Shown here: positions 1 through 9,255 of the stretch, one piece after another
Layout: each line of letters opens with the position of its first letter
Numbering within the stretch: the stretch's first letter is position 1
IMG/VR virus record: IMGVR_UViG_3300021426_003004
Span: 6,973 to 70,972 of that record
Origin: a virus
Taxonomy: Duplodnaviria > Caudoviricetes
Length of the DNA stretch: 64,000 nt
Strand: one strand, 5' to 3'
Program-made: the position numbers and the translations under genes
The notes under the pieces: model-generated
Database searches by the model: none
What the model saw: the letters and a program-made list of their open reading frames with translations, nothing else
What the model was told of the DNA's origin: nothing

Positions 1-2
1 AA

Positions 3-185
3 AACAAACTGAAGGAAATACGGGCAGAGAAAGGCCTGTCTCAGAGTGAGCTGGCTGAAATGGTCGGTGTTTCCCGTAATACAATCAGTTCGATAGAAAC
101 AGGTCAATTCTGTCCAACTGCGAAACTGGCATTAATCCTCTGTATTGCATTGGATAAGAAATTTGAGGATGTATTTTTCTTCTGA
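3..185 (+). CDS. XRE/Cro-family HTH transcriptional regulator (5' truncated by window edge)
   Basis: Own translation, not in ORF track: NKLKEIRAEKGLSQSELAEMVGVSRNTISSIETGQFCPTAKLALILCIALDKKFEDVFFF*. Confidence 0.85.
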   Translation, partial: NKLKEIRAEKGLSQSELAEMVGVSRNTISSIETGQFCPTAKLALILCIALDKKFEDVFFF

Positions 186-203
186 TTTCAAAAACCTATA
201 CAC

Positions 204-230
204 AGCGTCGTCCACACGGGCGGCGCTTTC
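204..230 (+). terminator. Hairpin after XRE gene, probable terminator
   Basis: AGCGTCGTCC-acac-GGGCGGCGCT followed by a short T tract. Confidence 0.45.
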
Positions 231-257
231 ATTATGCCTTTAAGGAGGTGACTTCCC

Positions 258-3200
258 ATGATCTGCGTTTATCCTGCTGACTGCACCGACTTCTCTACGA
301 ACGGTAACGGCACCATCGAGCCGACTTCCGCGCTGGTGACGGAAACCCTGAACGGAGAATACGAACTGCAGCTTGTACATCCGATCGATGAAGCGGGTAA
401 ATGGCAGCGACTGGTAGAAGGCTGTATCCTCCGTGCTCCTGTTCCTGCCGCAACAACTCCCCGGGTGCACTTCACCGCGCCGGGTGATGACAGCGGCACG
501 GAGATCTACAGGATCAATACCGACTTTGCCGGAGCGGAAACCCGGAAAGGAACCCTAAACCTACGTGCTGGTCCCGGCAGGAACTATAAGATCCTCGCGG
601 CCTACAAAAACACCCTGACCGTGCAGGTAATCGCGAAAACAAATGCCTCCTGGTACGAAGTGACCGCCCCTGATGGGAAGCACGGATACATGGACACCAC
701 CTATCTGGTATTCGATCATCAGGAAGGTTCCGCTTCTGAAGCTGTTTCCTCTGTGGTAGAGGAACGCCAGCTCCGGGACCAGCCTTTCCGGATCTATCGG
801 ATTGTTCCTGACCTGGATAAAATCACAGTGTACGCCCGGCATGTGTTCTATGATCTGCTGGACAACATGATCAAAAGCTACAAGCCTTCATCCTCTGCGG
901 TGGGGGCTTCCGTTGTACAGACCGTATCTTCTTCCTGCCTGTCCGAGCATGACTTTACCTTCTATTCTGACCTGGACAGCACAGCGGAGGATGTGGAGTT
1001 TGAGAATGTGAACCCCGTGGACGCCATCCTCGGTGAAGGCGGTGTCGTGGAGAAATATGCCGGAGAGCTCACCCGGGATTGGTGGGATGTTTTCGTCGTG
1101 AAACGGGTTGGACAGGACAGCAACGTACAGATCCGGCAGGCGAAGAACCTGCTGGGCATCTCCTATGATATCGACCTGACCGACGTAGTCACCCGGATCA
1201 TGCCGACCGGTGAAGACGCTGACGGGAACGTGCTGTATCTGCCGGAACTGTATATCGACAGTCCGCTGATCGATACCTACACCCATCCGAAATGGATTCA
1301 TCTCCCGGTTTCCGAAGCCAAGGAAGATACTGACGGCGATGACGCAAAAACCAAAGCGGAGTGCTATACCCTTATGCGTGATGCGGCACAGGCCCAATTC
1401 GATGCCGGGTGTGATGTTCCGACTGTCACGCTGGACGTCAGTTTCATCAACTGCGCCGAAACGGAAGAATATGCGGAATACGGTTTCCTGCAGAACATCT
1501 TCCTCGGTGATGCTGTCAGGGTGATCGCACCTCGGATCGGGGTCTGGGTATCCATGCGGATGACGCAGTATACCTATGACTGTTTGACCCGGAAATACAC
1601 TCAGATGACCCTCGGCACAGTAGCGGATACCGTGGAGGGAAATACGATCTCTGCCCGGCAGCTCCCCAGCGGGATCATCACGGGAAGCAAACTGGCAATC
1701 AACTCTGTCGGCTCCGGTGCCCTGCAGAATGGTTCCGTCGGCTCTCTGCAGATAAAGATGGCGGCGATTGAAACTGCCCACATCGAGGATGCGGCAATTA
1801 CCAAAGCCAAGATCGGACAGGCCGCGATCGGCACGGCCCAGATCGAGGATGCCGCTGTTACAAAGGCGAAGATCGGCAACGCTGCCATTGGAACCGCCCA
1901 GATCGAGGACGCTGCCATTACGCAGGCCAAGATCGGACAGGCGGCGATCGGTACTGCCCAGATTGAGGACGGCACGATCACTTCGGCGAAAATCGGCTCT
2001 GGAGAGATTCAGACTGCCAATATTCATGACGGCGCGATTACTCACGCCAAAATCGGACAAGCAGCCGTGGAGACTGCCAACATCAAAGACGCTGCTGTGG
2101 ACACGGCACAAATCAAAGATGCCGCGATCACCAATGCCAAAATCGGCGGTCTGGCTGTGGGTACGGCTAATATACAGGATGCGGCAATCGTTGCGGCAAA
2201 GATACTTGACGGTGAAATTGTCACTGCGAAGATCGCCCAACTGGCAGTGACAGAAGGCAAGATCGCTGACCTGGCTGTCACCACGGCGAAGATCGCTCAG
2301 GCGGCAATCACCAACGCCAAGATCGCAAACGCGGCTGTAGACACAGCACAGATCGCTTTGGGTGCGATCACAACCGCGCTGATCGCGCAGGGTGCTATCG
2401 GTACCGCCCAGATCGCGGACGCTTCCATTACCGCTGCGAAGGTTGTCTCTCTGAACGCTGACGTTATCACTTCCGGCACGCTGGCCACAGAGCGCCTGAT
2501 CATCACAGGAGCGAACGGGATCATATACGAGATCAACGCTGAAGCGTCTGGCCTTTCTGTACAGGAGCTTCAGGACCAGAAATACCAGGAGCAGATCAAC
2601 GGCACGGTCATTGTTGCACGGTCGATCACAGCACAGCAGATTGCTGCCGCTACAATTACCGCAAACGAGATCCTTGCCGCCACGATTACCGGTGATAAGA
2701 TTGCCGCAGCGACCATTGAGGGCAGCAACATCAAAGCCGGAGCCATCACGACGAGTCACGTTTCCTCCAACTTTGGCCAGACCCTTGACCTGTCCAGCAA
2801 TACCGGGATCAACCAGACTGTTCAGCAGATCTATACGGATATGAATGCTGCCATTGCGGCAGCGGGTGGCGGGGAGATCATTGTCGGCACTCAGGTTTCC
2901 AGTACCAGCGCGTGGACCGGTGTGGCGTCTTTCTCCCAGCTTACGGACGGACAGCAGATCGTATACTGGCTGCCTGTCGCGCCAACATCCTCAAACGTCA
3001 CGCTGGAACTGACATTGTCAGATAATTCCACGACCGGCGCAATTCCGGTGTATTACAGCGGCACAACCCGGCTGACGAACCATTACGCTGCCGGTAACGC
3101 CATCCGGCTGATCTATAAGGTGAATGCCCCGATTGACGGAAGCACCTATACCGGCTGGTGGGCAGACGCCAATTACGACAGCGGCAATACCTATGACCGG

Positions 3201-4574
3201 ATCAAGTTCGGCAATTCCGTCGTCTGCAAGCAGAATATCACGTGGGCCATGCTTATCGTTGGTGATGACACCGGGTACTGGAACCTTGCTGGCGGCAGTG
3301 TTTTCAATGTCGACCATCCGATCCTGTATCCTTCCTCCAACGGAGCGGCGGGATATTACCTGTCCAATGTGTACCTCTGCTATCCGACCATCAGCCTGCG
3401 GACGGTGACCGGCGATAGTTCCTTTGCTGTCACAGCCCGAAAAACAGTGTACCTGGTCGGAACTCTGAGCGGAAAAATGTTCACGGTACGGGGCACGAAC
3501 TGGCTGACGACAAATCCAACGGATGATACCGAAACGCTATCCTTCATTTCCCTCGGGTATATGTACAACACTTACCAGATGTACCTGTACCCGGAGCATC
3601 CAATCTACCGGATGAAGAATGGTGTACTGACCGCTGTTTCCCAGATGGCGTATGAGGCCTATGAGGCCATCGACAATCTGGAGATCGGCGGCAGGAACTA
3701 CCTGTTGAAGTCCGGGGATGAAGCGGTTACCAGTAATGACCTGATCGTCCGGTATGCCCTTTCCGAACCGATGGTAGAAGGCGAAGTATACACGCTTACT
3801 TTGTGTGTTTCTTCGTTGGATCTGTCCGAGATTGACGTCTATACGGCTGATGGGCATGTTCTACTTGAGAGCATCAGCCTTGATACTTCAGCGACTTCGG
3901 AAATCGTGCATGCCACCTTCATGGCGGAGTACACCACCGGGTATACCCCTGAGGATGATCCGAACAACGCTGATATTCTGATCAAACGTTCTCCGACAGG
4001 AATGAGCTCTCCGGAAGACTTCACGATCCATTGGGCAAAGCTGGAGAAAGGCAACCGGGCAACCGACTATACTCCAGCGCCTGAAGATACAGACGAGGCG
4101 ATGGAACTGAAGCTGGCTTCTGTCCGTGCCCAGATCAGTACGGAAGCGGACAGTATCCGGCAGGAGGTTCAGGCGAACTACGCCCTTGCCAGCGATATGT
4201 CGCAGGTCAGGACACAGCTGAGTACCCTGTCCGAGCAGACGGAGGATAACTTCACTTGGTCCGTGACAAGGATCAACCAGCTGGAGGAAGACCTGGAGAA
4301 TGCCCATGAGGCAACGGAAGAAGAACTGGCCATCATCCGTACCTACATGACCTTCGGGGATAACGGCCTGATCATTGGGAAAACCGGAAACCCGTTTACC
4401 TTCCGGGTTGTGAATGACAGGCTGGCATTCTACATGAATGACACCGAGGTCGCTTATCTGAGCAACAACAAACTGTATGTCACACAGGCCGAGATCCTGA
4501 CGAAGCTGATCATCGGTAAGTTTGCCTTTGTCCCGCAGACGAACGGCAACATGTCCATTGTTTACAACGGGTAA
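258..4574 (+). CDS. Phage tail spike / minor structural protein (prophage tail endopeptidase-like N-terminus, SH3b insertion, 5/10-residue repeat region, carbohydrate-binding-like insert)
   Basis: 1438 aa; strong RBS AAGGAGGTGA; N-terminal EETLNGEYELxLxHP-like and QPFRIYRI motifs; SH3b LNLRAGPG..WYEV..GYM; GGRNYL..KLEKGNRATDYTPAPED insert; upstream of DUF859-like gene and lysis cassette. Confidence 0.85.
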   Translation: MICVYPADCTDFSTNGNGTIEPTSALVTETLNGEYELQLVHPIDEAGKWQRLVEGCILRAPVPAATTPRVHFTAPGDDSGTEIYRINTDFAGAETRKGTLNLRAGPGRNYKILAAYKNTLTVQVIAKTNASWYEVTAPDGKHGYMDTTYLVFDHQEGSASEAVSSVVEERQLRDQPFRIYRIVPDLDKITVYARHVFYDLLDNMIKSYKPSSSAVGASVVQTVSSSCLSEHDFTFYSDLDSTAEDVEFENVNPVDAILGEGGVVEKYAGELTRDWWDVFVVKRVGQDSNVQIRQAKNLLGISYDIDLTDVVTRIMPTGEDADGNVLYLPELYIDSPLIDTYTHPKWIHLPVSEAKEDTDGDDAKTKAECYTLMRDAAQAQFDAGCDVPTVTLDVSFINCAETEEYAEYGFLQNIFLGDAVRVIAPRIGVWVSMRMTQYTYDCLTRKYTQMTLGTVADTVEGNTISARQLPSGIITGSKLAINSVGSGALQNGSVGSLQIKMAAIETAHIEDAAITKAKIGQAAIGTAQIEDAAVTKAKIGNAAIGTAQIEDAAITQAKIGQAAIGTAQIEDGTITSAKIGSGEIQTANIHDGAITHAKIGQAAVETANIKDAAVDTAQIKDAAITNAKIGGLAVGTANIQDAAIVAAKILDGEIVTAKIAQLAVTEGKIADLAVTTAKIAQAAITNAKIANAAVDTAQIALGAITTALIAQGAIGTAQIADASITAAKVVSLNADVITSGTLATERLIITGANGIIYEINAEASGLSVQELQDQKYQEQINGTVIVARSITAQQIAAATITANEILAATITGDKIAAATIEGSNIKAGAITTSHVSSNFGQTLDLSSNTGINQTVQQIYTDMNAAIAAAGGGEIIVGTQVSSTSAWTGVASFSQLTDGQQIVYWLPVAPTSSNVTLELTLSDNSTTGAIPVYYSGTTRLTNHYAAGNAIRLIYKVNAPIDGSTYTGWWADANYDSGNTYDRIKFGNSVVCKQNITWAMLIVGDDTGYWNLAGGSVFNVDHPILYPSSNGAAGYYLSNVYLCYPTISLRTVTGDSSFAVTARKTVYLVGTLSGKMFTVRGTNWLTTNPTDDTETLSFISLGYMYNTYQMYLYPEHPIYRMKNGVLTAVSQMAYEAYEAIDNLEIGGRNYLLKSGDEAVTSNDLIVRYALSEPMVEGEVYTLTLCVSSLDLSEIDVYTADGHVLLESISLDTSATSEIVHATFMAEYTTGYTPEDDPNNADILIKRSPTGMSSPEDFTIHWAKLEKGNRATDYTPAPEDTDEAMELKLASVRAQISTEADSIRQEVQANYALASDMSQVRTQLSTLSEQTEDNFTWSVTRINQLEEDLENAHEATEEELAIIRTYMTFGDNGLIIGKTGNPFTFRVVNDRLAFYMNDTEVAYLSNNKLYVTQAEILTKLIIGKFAFVPQTNGNMSIVYNG
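1680..2760 (+). repeat. Coding tandem repeats with 5/10-aa period (TAQIEDAAIT KAKIGQAAIG) in the tail spike
   Basis: Visible in the translation and as degenerate DNA repeats (gcccagatcgagga, aagatcgg); boundaries approximate. Confidence 0.85.
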
Positions 4575-4594
4575 TACCGGGAAAGGAGAAGCCC

Positions 4595-6847
4595 ATGGCA
4601 ACGACTGTCAATTATTCCGCGACGCTGGTCACTCGGAAAACCAATTATTCCTCGAACGGCAGCTCAAACAGCGCGGCGCAGGAATTCTATGAAGCCGGTT
4701 CAAACAACGTTGGTATCATCTGCTTTTCCGGCATGAACCTTGCGAATAAGGTCATACAGGAAATCATCTTCACCATTACGGCAAAGAAAGCCGGTTACGG
4801 CGAAGGCAGCACGAAAACGGTATATCTCCGGAAGGCAAACTACCAGAACAGTATTGCCTCCGGGGTGACCGGTTCCGGCTATGTCGCTGATGCGCTGGGA
4901 ACCTTCACCGGGCACTTCTACGGCAATACATCAGCCTATGAGCTGACCGGATCGCTGTACAACGCCGTCGCGGCTTATCTTGCTGCCGGGAACAACACGT
5001 TCACGATTTACAATCCCAACCCCAGCGCGTCGGCACAGGGCTATTCCTATAACTACCTGTCCTGGTCGGATGTCGTCATCACGGTGACGTATGAGGAAGC
5101 AGCCTCCCAGCCGAGCACCTCTGCCGCAACAGTCGCCATGGGTAGTGCAGTAACAATCTATACCAACCGCCCGAGTTCCGCTGTGACACACACAATATCC
5201 TACTGGTTCGGGAATACCAGCGGTGCGATCGCGACGAATGTCGGGGCTTCCGTTTCCTGGACTCCGCCTTTGTCGCTGGCAAGCCAGATCCCGAATGCCA
5301 CCAGCGGCGTGTGCACGATCACCTGTAACAGCTTTGTCAATGGAACGCTAACGGGAACACGAACGTGCACGATCACACTCACTGTCCCGTCAAGCGTTGT
5401 TCCGACCATATCCGCTGTAGCAGTGGACGATACGAACAGCACAGTTAAAACACGGATCGCAGCTTACGTGAAGAGCCTGAGCAAGCTGTCTGTGTCGATC
5501 ACGGCAGCAGGTGCCCGGGGCAGTACCATTTCTTCTTACCGCACAACACTGGATGGCGTGACCTATACAGCGGCATCTTTCACTGCGACGAAAGTGCTAT
5601 CGGCGGCTGGTTCCCTGACGCTTACGGTCACGGTTACGGACAGCCGTGGCCGGACAGCAACATATAGCACCACCATCACGGTGCTGGATTACGCCTATCC
5701 GTCGATCAGCCGTTTCACTGCCGAGCGCTGCAACAGTGGCGGCACAGCGGCACAGGTGGACGGCAACAAAGTCCGGTATAACCTGACAGGCAGTGGCTCC
5801 GCACTGAATAACCGGAACACACTCACCTGCACCGTCTATTACAAGCTGTCGACAGCATCGGCATGGACGCAAGCGGAGACTGTAACGCATTCTTCCTATG
5901 CTCTCAGCCAGACGAACAAGCTGATGAGCCAAACCTTTGATCCTTTGTACAGCTACAATTTGAAGGTTACGGTTTCGGACTACTTCTACTCAGTGGAGCA
6001 GATCATCAGTATCGGCACGAAGCAGGTGTTGCTGGACTTCCTTTCCAACGGCAACGGCATCGGTATTGGGAAGGTTGCGGAAACTAATGGCTACATCGAC
6101 TGCGGCTGGCCGCTGAAGCTGAGCACACCGCTGGCAATTGCTTACGGAGGCACGGGCTCGGTGAATGCCAATGCGGCGATCGCCAATCTCGGCGGCGTGA
6201 AGAAGTCCGGGGATACCATGACCGGAAACTTGAACATTCAGGGAACCCTGTATCCGTCACTGTGCCTATTGCCGACACAGGACGGCCAGACGAACCGGAT
6301 CGTGTTCGAGGGCAGTTATGTGGGTGCGGCATCCTTTGCCGCATGGGAGGACAGCACCGGCAATAATCGCCGGATGCTGGAAGTCCGGACAAAGGCCTAT
6401 GCGGCCAGTCTGGACAATGCGGTGATGGTCCGTGTCTGCGATGGCGGTACCTGGGGAAACTACCGGGTCTATCATGAGGGCATGGAAACCGTGATTCCGC
6501 TTTCAAAGGGAGGAACAGGCGGTACTTCCGCAGCGACAGCCCGGTCGAAAATCGGAGCCAACAATGCCAGCAACCTGACCACAGGCACACTGCCAGCGGC
6601 ACGGCTGCCTTTCAAAATCCAGTATGGGCAGACCAGCGTGACCGGTGTTGCGTGGACAACGGTTAGCCTGACAGCCGGGTTTACCGCAACCCCGACGATC
6701 ATTGTGTCGTATGCTGGCAACCCAACCTCCAGCGGTATTGCGGTGCTGAAAACCGGAAGTGAATCCACGACCAGCTTCCAGGTCTGTATGGCTGGATCCT
6801 CCGGTTCCGGCACACGGAAAGTGAACTGGATCGCGATCGGTACCTGA
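4595..6847 (+). CDS. DUF859-like siphophage minor structural/tail fibre protein with C-terminal small beta-sandwich (lectin-like) tip
   Basis: 750 aa, Ser/Thr-rich beta protein; SQIPNATSG..TITC, VTDSRGRT and GIGIGKVAE motifs; C-terminus KIQYGQ..VNWIAIG. Confidence 0.75.
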   Translation: MATTVNYSATLVTRKTNYSSNGSSNSAAQEFYEAGSNNVGIICFSGMNLANKVIQEIIFTITAKKAGYGEGSTKTVYLRKANYQNSIASGVTGSGYVADALGTFTGHFYGNTSAYELTGSLYNAVAAYLAAGNNTFTIYNPNPSASAQGYSYNYLSWSDVVITVTYEEAASQPSTSAATVAMGSAVTIYTNRPSSAVTHTISYWFGNTSGAIATNVGASVSWTPPLSLASQIPNATSGVCTITCNSFVNGTLTGTRTCTITLTVPSSVVPTISAVAVDDTNSTVKTRIAAYVKSLSKLSVSITAAGARGSTISSYRTTLDGVTYTAASFTATKVLSAAGSLTLTVTVTDSRGRTATYSTTITVLDYAYPSISRFTAERCNSGGTAAQVDGNKVRYNLTGSGSALNNRNTLTCTVYYKLSTASAWTQAETVTHSSYALSQTNKLMSQTFDPLYSYNLKVTVSDYFYSVEQIISIGTKQVLLDFLSNGNGIGIGKVAETNGYIDCGWPLKLSTPLAIAYGGTGSVNANAAIANLGGVKKSGDTMTGNLNIQGTLYPSLCLLPTQDGQTNRIVFEGSYVGAASFAAWEDSTGNNRRMLEVRTKAYAASLDNAVMVRVCDGGTWGNYRVYHEGMETVIPLSKGGTGGTSAATARSKIGANNASNLTTGTLPAARLPFKIQYGQTSVTGVAWTTVSLTAGFTATPTIIVSYAGNPTSSGIAVLKTGSESTTSFQVCMAGSSGSGTRKVNWIAIGT

Positions 6848-6853
6848 TGAATC

Positions 6854-6882
6854 ACCGCCTTGTCCACCCAGGGCGGTTTTTT
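6854..6882 (+). terminator. Rho-independent terminator
   Basis: ACCGCCTTG-tccacc-CAGGGCGGT plus T run. Confidence 0.65.
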
Positions 6883-6910
6883 CATATCAAAAAATAAGGA
6901 GGAAGATCCA

Positions 6911-7372
6911 ATGCGTGATTTTTCGATTGACCTGATCTGGGCAAAGATTCAGGTGGCCATCACCGCTGTGGGCGGATGGATTGGCTGGTTTCTGGGAGGT
7001 GTGGACGGTATGCTGATTGCCCTGATTGTGCTCATGGCGCTGGATTATCTCTCTGGCGTTATGTGCGCCATCGCGGATAAGAAGCTGTCCAGCGCCGTTG
7101 GCTTCAAAGGCATCTGCAAAAAGGTGCTGATCCTGATGCTGGTCGGAGTGGCCAACATCATCGACGTACACGTGGTCGGAACCGGGGCTGTCCTGCGGGG
7201 AGCCGTCATCTGCTTTTACCTGAGCAATGAAGGCCTGAGCCTGCTGGAGAACGCTGCCTACCTGGGACTGCCTATCCCTGACAAGCTCCGGGAGATCCTT
7301 GCCCAGCTGCACGAACGTTCCAAGAAGGAAGCCGAGCCGACCGATAAGGGCGAAGGTGATCAGGATGCTTGA
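6911..7372 (+). CDS. Phage holin (toxin secretion/phage lysis holin family)
   Basis: MRDFSIDLIWAKIQ..DYLSGV..KKLSSAVGFKGICKK..FYLSNEGLSLLENAAYLGLPIP; TM helices; start chosen at ATG 6911 after RBS. Confidence 0.9.
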   Translation: MRDFSIDLIWAKIQVAITAVGGWIGWFLGGVDGMLIALIVLMALDYLSGVMCAIADKKLSSAVGFKGICKKVLILMLVGVANIIDVHVVGTGAVLRGAVICFYLSNEGLSLLENAAYLGLPIPDKLREILAQLHERSKKEAEPTDKGEGDQDA

Positions 7373-8135
7373 TGCGAAAAAGCTGATCGCCTCCGTAGAA
7401 GAATGCCTCGGCTGGCCCTATGTCTCCCCGGGAACAAACGATTCCCGGGGGATTGACTGTTCCGGCCTGTTCGTGAAGGCATACCGGGACCAGGGTGACA
7501 GCATTTATCACGGCAGCAACACGATCTACAGGAAATACTGCTCTGAAAAGGGCAAACTGACGAACGTTTCCCAGCTGAAGCCCGGTATGGCAGTATTCAA
7601 ATGGAACGCGAACACCCCGGAGAAGTTCGATGACGGCCTCGGCGATTTCCAGCACATCGGCCTTGTCACCAGTGTGAATCCGCTCCGGATTGTCCACGCT
7701 TCCTCTGCTGCCGGGTGCGTCACGACCGATACGAAGCTCGGGAAATGGGCATACTGGGGCTGGCTAAAGGATGTAGCCAAGGGTGACAGCCTGCCGCCCA
7801 CTCCCGCTGAACCGACGGAAGGAGATGAAGAACCTATGGCTGAATTCGCCACTGTGATCGCGGATAGCGGTTCCACAGTGAACATGCGCACGAAGGCAAA
7901 GAGCACGGCTGCCCTGGTGGAGCGTGTGCCTCTCGGTGCCCGGGTAGAGGTTCTGGGAACCTGTGGCTCCTGGACAAAGGTGAAGTTCGGTTCTCGAACT
8001 GGCTACATGATGACGAAGTTCCTGATCGCAGAGGGCGACCAGGAACCTGACGAGGATCTGACACTTGAAGAACGGGTCACCCGGCTGGAAAAGCGGGTGG
8101 CCATGCTGGAAGCATACGATGACGCGGTCGGATGA
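7365..8135 (+). CDS. Endolysin: NlpC/P60-like cysteine peptidase plus SH3b cell-wall-binding domain
   Basis: GIDCSGL (Cys) and HIGLV (His); C-terminal VNMRTKA..WTKVKFGSRTGYMMTKFL; overlaps holin stop. Confidence 0.85.
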   Translation: MLDAKKLIASVEECLGWPYVSPGTNDSRGIDCSGLFVKAYRDQGDSIYHGSNTIYRKYCSEKGKLTNVSQLKPGMAVFKWNANTPEKFDDGLGDFQHIGLVTSVNPLRIVHASSAAGCVTTDTKLGKWAYWGWLKDVAKGDSLPPTPAEPTEGDEEPMAEFATVIADSGSTVNMRTKAKSTAALVERVPLGARVEVLGTCGSWTKVKFGSRTGYMMTKFLIAEGDQEPDEDLTLEERVTRLEKRVAMLEAYDDAVG

Positions 8136-8141
8136 CTGCCT

Positions 8142-8175
8142 GGCCTTGCAGAACAATCTGCAGGGCCGTTTTTTT
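8142..8175 (+). terminator. Rho-independent terminator ending the lysis module
   Basis: GGCCTTGCAG-aacaat-CTGCAGGGCC plus T7. Confidence 0.75.
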
Positions 8176-8186
8176 ATTTTTCACTA

Positions 8187-8215
8187 TTGACAACGAATTA
8201 TGTATGACATATAAT
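8187..8215 (+). promoter_or_regulatory. Consensus sigmaA promoter of maltodextrin operon 1
   Basis: TTGACA (8187-8192), 17-nt spacer, TATAAT (8210-8215). Confidence 0.85.
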
Positions 8216-8220
8216 TTGCT

Positions 8221-8236
8221 GTGCAAGCGGTTGCAT
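8221..8236. promoter_or_regulatory. LacI-family/cre-like operator O1
   Basis: GTGCAAGCGGTTGCAT palindrome with central CG, at the predicted transcription start. Confidence 0.8.
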
Positions 8237-8255
8237 GATTTCGCGAGGGAGGTGG

Positions 8256-9254
8256 ATGAAGATGGCAGTCACAATCAGTGATGTGGCGAAGCTCGCTGGT
8301 GTCAATTCATCTACCGTGTCCCGTGTTATAAATGGAAAAGCCTCTATTACTCAGGAAACAAAAGATCGGGTTCATGCGGCTATGAAAGAACTCGATTTTC
8401 ATCCGAACTCACTGGCTAGAAGCCTTGCCAGCGGGTTGTGTGGTGCTATTGGGGTTGTTGTTGACGCACGTGATGCAGAAGCTTTCAGCAACTTCTTCTT
8501 CAGCCGAAGCCTTTTTGCGATTGAGCAGGTGGCTCAGGAAAAAGGATATCAGGTTATTATCGCAAATGGTGCACAAAGCAAAGGACGGACCATTGAGAAC
8601 CTGATGAAGGAACGGAAAGTTGACGGGCTGATTCTTCCCCCAACAACAGTCAATCCTTCCCTGATGGAGACAATCGGTGATTTCCCCTATGTCGTTCTAG
8701 GAACACCTGATACTCTGCGCGGCGCAACCTGCTGGGTCGATAATAATAATGAGCAGGGATCAGATCTGGCGGTTCATCATCTTCAAGAACAGGGTTATCA
8801 GCATATTGCTTACCTTGGTGGAAATCAGAAACGCGGTTTTACCATTCGCCGGGTTCGCGGCTACAAGAAAGCAATTACCGGTGGGGAACTTGTTATTCCT
8901 ACAGATGGAACAACTGAAAACGCCTATTCTGCAGTGCTGGAGATTCTGGAAAAGAAAGATCGTCCGGATGCATTTGTCTGCAATGATAATATGGCCGCCT
9001 TTGGTCTGCTAAAGGCTTGTAGAAAACTTAAGATTCAGATTCCATCTGAAATGGGAATCGTTGCTTTTGATAATTATCCTCTTGCAGAGTATACTGATCC
9101 GCCTCTCACGATTGTTGATATTGATACCGGTATGCTAGGAGATCAGACGGCACAATTACTGTTCCGTAGAATTGATAAACGGTGTGGGAATCAGCAAATT
9201 ATGCTTTCCACGAATTTGATTGTCAGAGAATCATCAGAAAGGCTGGCGAAATAA
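8256..9254 (+). CDS. LacI-family transcriptional regulator
   Basis: VTISDVAKLAGVNSSTVSRVIN HTH, hinge PNSLARSL, sugar-binding domain; start at 8256 or 8262. Confidence 0.95.
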   Translation: MKMAVTISDVAKLAGVNSSTVSRVINGKASITQETKDRVHAAMKELDFHPNSLARSLASGLCGAIGVVVDARDAEAFSNFFFSRSLFAIEQVAQEKGYQVIIANGAQSKGRTIENLMKERKVDGLILPPTTVNPSLMETIGDFPYVVLGTPDTLRGATCWVDNNNEQGSDLAVHHLQEQGYQHIAYLGGNQKRGFTIRRVRGYKKAITGGELVIPTDGTTENAYSAVLEILEKKDRPDAFVCNDNMAAFGLLKACRKLKIQIPSEMGIVAFDNYPLAEYTDPPLTIVDIDTGMLGDQTAQLLFRRIDKRCGNQQIMLSTNLIVRESSERLAK

Positions 9255-9255
9255 G

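Noticed and set aside
888-2759. 623-aa minus-strand ORF
   Set aside because: Antisense shadow of the repetitive tail spike; no RBS or recognisable domain.
258-6847. Possible diversity-generating retroelement target in the tail proteins
   Set aside because: No reverse transcriptase and no TR/VR repeat pair seen in the window.
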